From Bacillota bacterium (lineage in GTDB: Bacteria > Bacillota > Dehalobacteriia > UBA4068 > UBA4997): a stretch of DNA of 64,000 bases. The position numbers and the translations under genes are program-made. A model generated the notes under the pieces. That model searched no databases, was not told the DNA's origin, and saw only the letters and a program-made list of their open reading frames with translations. Shown here in pieces: positions 60,114-64,000 of the stretch. The first letter of the stretch is position 1, and every line of letters starts with the position of its first letter. The DNA lies in NCBI GenBank assembly GCA_017397935.1, contig JAFQHN010000015.1, forward strand, positions 2,746 through 66,745. Direction: 5' to 3'.

Positions 60114-61433
60114 ATGAATCAACAATTTACTGCTGAGGATATTCTTAATGCGAAACAAATTTATTTCTATAACAACGAAACACTTTACATCATAGACCAT
60201 GATGATGAGGCATACGGATACAGCAAAGGATGTTCCGGCTGGTATCATAAAGAAAACTTCTGGGATTATTTTGAGTCTGAGCTGATGATGACCTACTTTA
60301 CCCACATCACCAAAGAAGAAGCCGTTCAGCTTTATCTTGGCTGGGCAGATGATTACAACGCTGATAATTGCCGGCTTGACAAAGCAATTATTTTTGCTGT
60401 GGAACATCATGCCGGCCAGTTCCGTAAAAGTACGGTACTCCCCTACATCACCCACCCTATTGAAACAATGCAGATTCTTTATTCCATGAGAGCAGACATC
60501 AACCTGCTGATAGCCGGTGTGCTTCATGACACGATTGAGGACACCGAAGCAACAGAGCAAGACATTCGGGAACTGTTTGGAGATGATGTTGCAGGGCTTG
60601 TTACTGCCCACAGCGAGGACAAAAGCAAAACATGGCAGGAACGCAAAACCCACGCCATTGAAGAACTGGCGAAGGCTGACAAGCGTTTGAAGATGCTGAT
60701 TATGGCTGATAAAGTATCTAACCTTAGAAACATGGTATCCGATTACTCTCTGGTTGGTGATGAGCTATGGAACAGATTTAACGCACCGGTCAACAAGCAA
60801 TCCCGGTATTACAGCGACATTCAGGATGCGCTCTGTGATATGCAAAAATATCCGGAATGTGCTGCCGTGTATTGGGAAATGGTTGGTCTGTATAAAGACT
60901 TGTTCGTAAGATACTATCTCGATAAAAGAACAAATACGCTGTACCGGTTCTGCTTAGGTATTGCTATCTATGCTCTGCAAAAAGGAACTCCCCAATGGAC
61001 GGAGTACCAAGAAAAGCATATTCCTGAAAATGCAGAACCCATAGAGCGCTTAGCAGCTGAACACATGGAAGATGATTGGAAATCTGCTTTTCAGCATCAA
61101 CATGAAATGGATATTTCCAATGCGTCATATTCTGTATATGGCTCAATAAGACGCTGCATTGACTTTCGCATTTCCGATGGAAAGCTGACAGTCGCTTGTG
61201 AGGACTTCGGGCCTGAATGTCAAAATATGACCGGCAATAATATGTACGAGTTCTTTTATCAGTTGGATGAGGACAATACCCTTCGCTTGTTAACCGGACT
61301 CCGCATCGAATACGGACTTGAAACCGATTTGATTGATTTGCTTAAAGAGGCTTTTGGCTCGGATGACGGAACAACCCTGTTCACAAATTTCTGCAAGAAA
61401 AATCGCATTAAATACAAGTTTTTCTCAATGTAA
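60114..61433 (+). CDS. 439-aa protein with central RelA/SpoT-type HD domain (small alarmone hydrolase-like) flanked by uncharacterised N- and C-terminal regions
   Basis: HD motif set …AVEHHAGQFRKS…PYITHPIE…AGVLHDTIEDT… as in SpoT/Mesh1 hydrolase domains; no synthetase domain; ~220-aa C-terminal part unassignable. Confidence 0.65.
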   Translation: MNQQFTAEDILNAKQIYFYNNETLYIIDHDDEAYGYSKGCSGWYHKENFWDYFESELMMTYFTHITKEEAVQLYLGWADDYNADNCRLDKAIIFAVEHHAGQFRKSTVLPYITHPIETMQILYSMRADINLLIAGVLHDTIEDTEATEQDIRELFGDDVAGLVTAHSEDKSKTWQERKTHAIEELAKADKRLKMLIMADKVSNLRNMVSDYSLVGDELWNRFNAPVNKQSRYYSDIQDALCDMQKYPECAAVYWEMVGLYKDLFVRYYLDKRTNTLYRFCLGIAIYALQKGTPQWTEYQEKHIPENAEPIERLAAEHMEDDWKSAFQHQHEMDISNASYSVYGSIRRCIDFRISDGKLTVACEDFGPECQNMTGNNMYEFFYQLDEDNTLRLLTGLRIEYGLETDLIDLLKEAFGSDDGTTLFTNFCKKNRIKYKFFSM

Positions 61434-61437
61434 TATA

Positions 61438-61460
61438 AATTTAGTGTCTGCCATGCGACC
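61438..61460 (+). repeat. Direct repeat copy 2 (ATTTAGTGTCTGCCATGCGACCA), 5 bp after the HD-domain gene stop
   Basis: See copy 1. Confidence 0.6.
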
Positions 61461-61543
61461 ATGCAAAGTGCAATTTAAGATACAATATGACTGTAAGGTA
61501 AAAACCGAGCAGTCATATTTCTATTTGCGTTGGTATATAAAAA

Positions 61544-61580
61544 GGAGCAAGGCATATTTCAGTCTTGCTCCTATTATAAT
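61544..61580 (+). terminator. Terminator after HD-domain gene (GGAGCAAG…CTTGCTCC plus U-rich tail)
   Basis: 8-bp perfect stem, 12-nt loop. Confidence 0.5.
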
Positions 61581-61877
61581 TTATATGCTGCTTAGTTTAA
61601 CAAATCAGCAATTTGATTACTTGTCTCTTGCCAGGCAGCCAACAATGGCCAAAATTAAACCAATAAGCGCGCTGCCTGCTGCAAACAGATCATTTGTCGA
61701 TAGAGCGATACCGAGTAAACTTACACATACACCAACAATACTTATTTTAATCCCCTTCATACAATCGTACTACTTCGGCCCATTTAAGAAGCAACTCTTA
61801 AACTGTCTGCATAGTTTGGTTTATTTGTCCAAATCAGTAAACAAATCTGCCTGGTTATAAAATTTTTTATGCGATTT

Positions 61878-62951
61878 TTACAGCCATGCCTGGCCTTCGG
61901 TTAATTTTTGAGTAAAAATACGGTTTTCATCCTTGACATCTTTGGCCTGATGATACTTAAACAGAAACTCCCCATTGGCCAGCTCACCGATAATTTCAAT
62001 CTTGCCGGTATAGTGCGACATCGCATAGCGAATACATTTGCCCTGCCCGTTTTGCAGAGCCTTGGCACCGTCCACAATTTTGTAACCCTCGGCCAGCGGT
62101 ACCTGAAAATGATTAAGAACACCGCGCACCGGACGGCATTGAAAAACATAATACGGCACCACACCGCAGGCTGTAAGCTTGTCCAGCAGCTCGCCCAGCA
62201 CCTCGGCCGAATCATTGATACCGCGCAACAGCACGGTTTGATTTTTAACCAGCAGACCGCAATTCATCAACGCCTTTACCGCTTTGATAGCCTCCGGCGT
62301 AACTTCTCTGGGGTGGTTAAATTGGGTGATAATGTAAAGCTGTTTCTTTTGACAATATTCACGCAGCATATCCAACAGTTCGGCATCATCGTAAATGCGC
62401 TGCGGATAAACCACCGGCACACGGGTGCCAAAACGAATCAAATCCAACTGCTGCATATCCGCAAAATGGTCAAGATATTGACGGATAATGGCATTACTGT
62501 TGGCAAAAGAATCGCCGCCGGTAATCAAAATATTGTTGATCTCCGGGTGTTCCTGCACATAGACAGTCATCAATTCCAGACGCTTGGCGGTTTCTTCATC
62601 GGTGATACCCACCATACGCTTGCGAAAACAATGCCGACAATACATATAGCAGGCATTGGAGGATAAAATGAGTGCAGTTTGTCTGTATTTGTGCTGCATA
62701 CCGGGCACAACGGTGTTATCACCCTCGCCGCTGGTATCCACATCGCCGCCCTCCTCAATCTCCCACGCCGAGGGAATGGAAAGCTTGCGTATTGGGTCAT
62801 CCGGGTCAGTTGGGTCAATCAATGATAGATAATAATCATTGGTCAGCATGGGGTATTGTTCGGCAATTTTGTCCATTACCTCTGCTTCATCACCATGCAG
62901 CTGCAAATAATCTTTAACTTGATGTCCGTTAGCATAAAATTTAACAGTCAT
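61878..62951 (-). CDS. KamA-family radical SAM aminomutase (lysine 2,3-aminomutase-like; EpmB/KamA type not resolved)
   Basis: CxxxCxxC cluster (CYMYCRHC) plus PLP-binding-region resemblance; GGGAGGA RBS. Confidence 0.75.
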   Translation of the reverse strand: MTVKFYANGHQVKDYLQLHGDEAEVMDKIAEQYPMLTNDYYLSLIDPTDPDDPIRKLSIPSAWEIEEGGDVDTSGEGDNTVVPGMQHKYRQTALILSSNACYMYCRHCFRKRMVGITDEETAKRLELMTVYVQEHPEINNILITGGDSFANSNAIIRQYLDHFADMQQLDLIRFGTRVPVVYPQRIYDDAELLDMLREYCQKKQLYIITQFNHPREVTPEAIKAVKALMNCGLLVKNQTVLLRGINDSAEVLGELLDKLTACGVVPYYVFQCRPVRGVLNHFQVPLAEGYKIVDGAKALQNGQGKCIRYAMSHYTGKIEIIGELANGEFLFKYHQAKDVKDENRIFTQKLTEGQAWL

Positions 62952-63063
62952 TATTATCCTCCCTTCAAATTCAGAATGGTTAATTATATTAAAAGATGTA
63001 ATTAGCCCTTACATCCTATTACAAATAACATATAAATATTAACTGCTGATTAACAGCCATAAC

Positions 63064-63621
63064 CTATTCCACCGGGTTGCCATGGCCGTCAAACAGCGGC
63101 AGCTTACCCAGCACAATATAATCGGGATTATCGGCAGCAGCGCCCTCGGCCAAAATAGCCATCCGGGCCACCACAATGCCCCCTGCCTGCTCCACCAGAT
63201 TACCCACAGCTTTAATTGAGCCGCCGGTGGAGATTACATCATCCAGAATAACCACGCGTTTGCCCTTAATTTTGGCGGCATCATCACCGTCCATATACAG
63301 TTTTTGGTCACCAATGGTGGTAATGGAACGGTCCTGGGTTTCCAGCACATTTTTCATATACAGTTTGTGGCCTTTGCGCACCAAAATATACTCGTTGCGG
63401 CCACTTTGGCGTGCCATCTCATGCACCAGCGGGATAGCCTTGGCCTCGGGTGCCACCATATAATCAAACTCGGGCAATTTCTCCACCAGCGCGGCAGCGC
63501 AGGCACAGGTCAGCTCCACATCACCGAAAATCACAAAAGCGGCAATCATGGCATCATCATTCAGCGGGCACAGCGGCAAATCACGGGTTACACCGGCCAC
63601 CGTCATCGGATATGTATTCAT
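63064..63621 (-). CDS. Type I phosphoribosyltransferase (adenine/purine PRTase-like)
   Basis: PRPP-binding motif VVILDDVISTGGS; 185 aa. Confidence 0.65.
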   Translation of the reverse strand: MNTYPMTVAGVTRDLPLCPLNDDAMIAAFVIFGDVELTCACAAALVEKLPEFDYMVAPEAKAIPLVHEMARQSGRNEYILVRKGHKLYMKNVLETQDRSITTIGDQKLYMDGDDAAKIKGKRVVILDDVISTGGSIKAVGNLVEQAGGIVVARMAILAEGAAADNPDYIVLGKLPLFDGHGNPVE

Positions 63622-63648
63622 AGATTCTCCTTAAATATATCTTAGCAA

Positions 63649-64000
63649 TTATTTAATCACTTTCAGCGAGGCATACTTCTGGATAAGCACTTTAATGCCC
63701 TGACCGGGGAAGGCAATAGAAAGAGCCGTTTCCTCGCCGGTTCCCTCTACCTTAACCACCATGCCCTGGCCAAACTTGGCGTGCTGCACCTTATCACCAA
63801 CATTGATAAGCTGGCGTCCGCTGTTCGGCTGCGGCTCAAAGCTGCGCTTGGGGCGGCTGACAAACAGAGATGTCGGCCTGGGGGCAGCCTCCTGTTTAAC
63901 CTCCGGTCTGCGATAGCTGAGGGTATGGGCGTTGATCAGCTCCACCGGCACCTCACCGATAAAACGGCTGGGCGGCAGGCTGACATATTGACCAAACAGA
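63649..64000 (-). CDS. C-terminal end of a UvrD/PcrA-type DNA helicase (gene continues beyond window end)
   Basis: Reading frame open to the window edge (…LFGQYVSLPPSRFIGEVP…); terminal Tudor-like motif …GDKVQHAKFGQGMVVKVEG…IAFPGQGIKVLIQKYASL… typical of PcrA/UvrD C-termini. Confidence 0.6.
   Translation of the reverse strand, partial: LFGQYVSLPPSRFIGEVPVELINAHTLSYRRPEVKQEAAPRPTSLFVSRPKRSFEPQPNSGRQLINVGDKVQHAKFGQGMVVKVEGTGEETALSIAFPGQGIKVLIQKYASLKVIK

Noticed and set aside
61333-61860. 175-aa plus-strand ORF spanning the intergenic region after the HD-domain gene
   Set aside because: It overlaps the terminator hairpin and AT-rich non-coding sequence. It has no RBS, the composition is not coding-like, and it is in a different frame from the gene upstream.

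Overview
This 64-kb window looks like a chromosomal segment from a moderately high-GC Firmicutes/Clostridia-like genome. The taxon is not certain; the call rests on gene content (SpoIID/LytB-family and SLH-domain proteins, Fe-ADH, ANTAR-linked glnA, RBS-rich starts). It is densely coding, mostly on the minus strand, and largely housekeeping. Operons and genes present: ylxM-ffh-rpsP-KH-rimM-trmD; glnA (type I) plus an ANTAR regulator, divergent from a type III glutamine synthetase; tRNA-Gly; sdhCAB; miaB; recJ-secD-secF-yajC-tgt-queA-SpoIID-like-queH; ruvCAB; pyrE; ilvD-ilvN-ilvB; priA; Fe-ADH; an SLH/transglutaminase surface protein; two overlapping ABC exporter half-transporters; metA. There are three tRNAs (Gly-CCC, Thr-CGU, Ser-CGA). 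I found no rRNA, no CRISPR array and no recognisable prophage. Two places look accessory or unusual. (1) Between pyrE and tRNA-Thr, a small tyrosine recombinase gene abuts a 243-bp segment bounded by perfect 20-bp inverted repeats that carries a consensus sigma-70-like promoter. This is a candidate invertible ON/OFF switch positioned to control a downstream gene, which encodes an unusual protein with three tandem Cys-rich repeats plus a C-terminal AP2-like domain. (2) Downstream of tRNA-Ser lies a roughly 7-kb lower-GC island. It holds a T-box-like leader in front of a PF04392-type ABC transporter, a macro-domain/HTH fusion protein, and a 439-aa protein built around a RelA/SpoT-type HD (small-alarmone-hydrolase-like) domain whose gene is flanked by a short direct repeat. 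Other points: TrmD is fused to a second SPOUT-like domain. The type III GS gene has a consensus promoter followed immediately by a terminator-like hairpin, a plausible attenuator, and the ANTAR regulator is encoded nearby.
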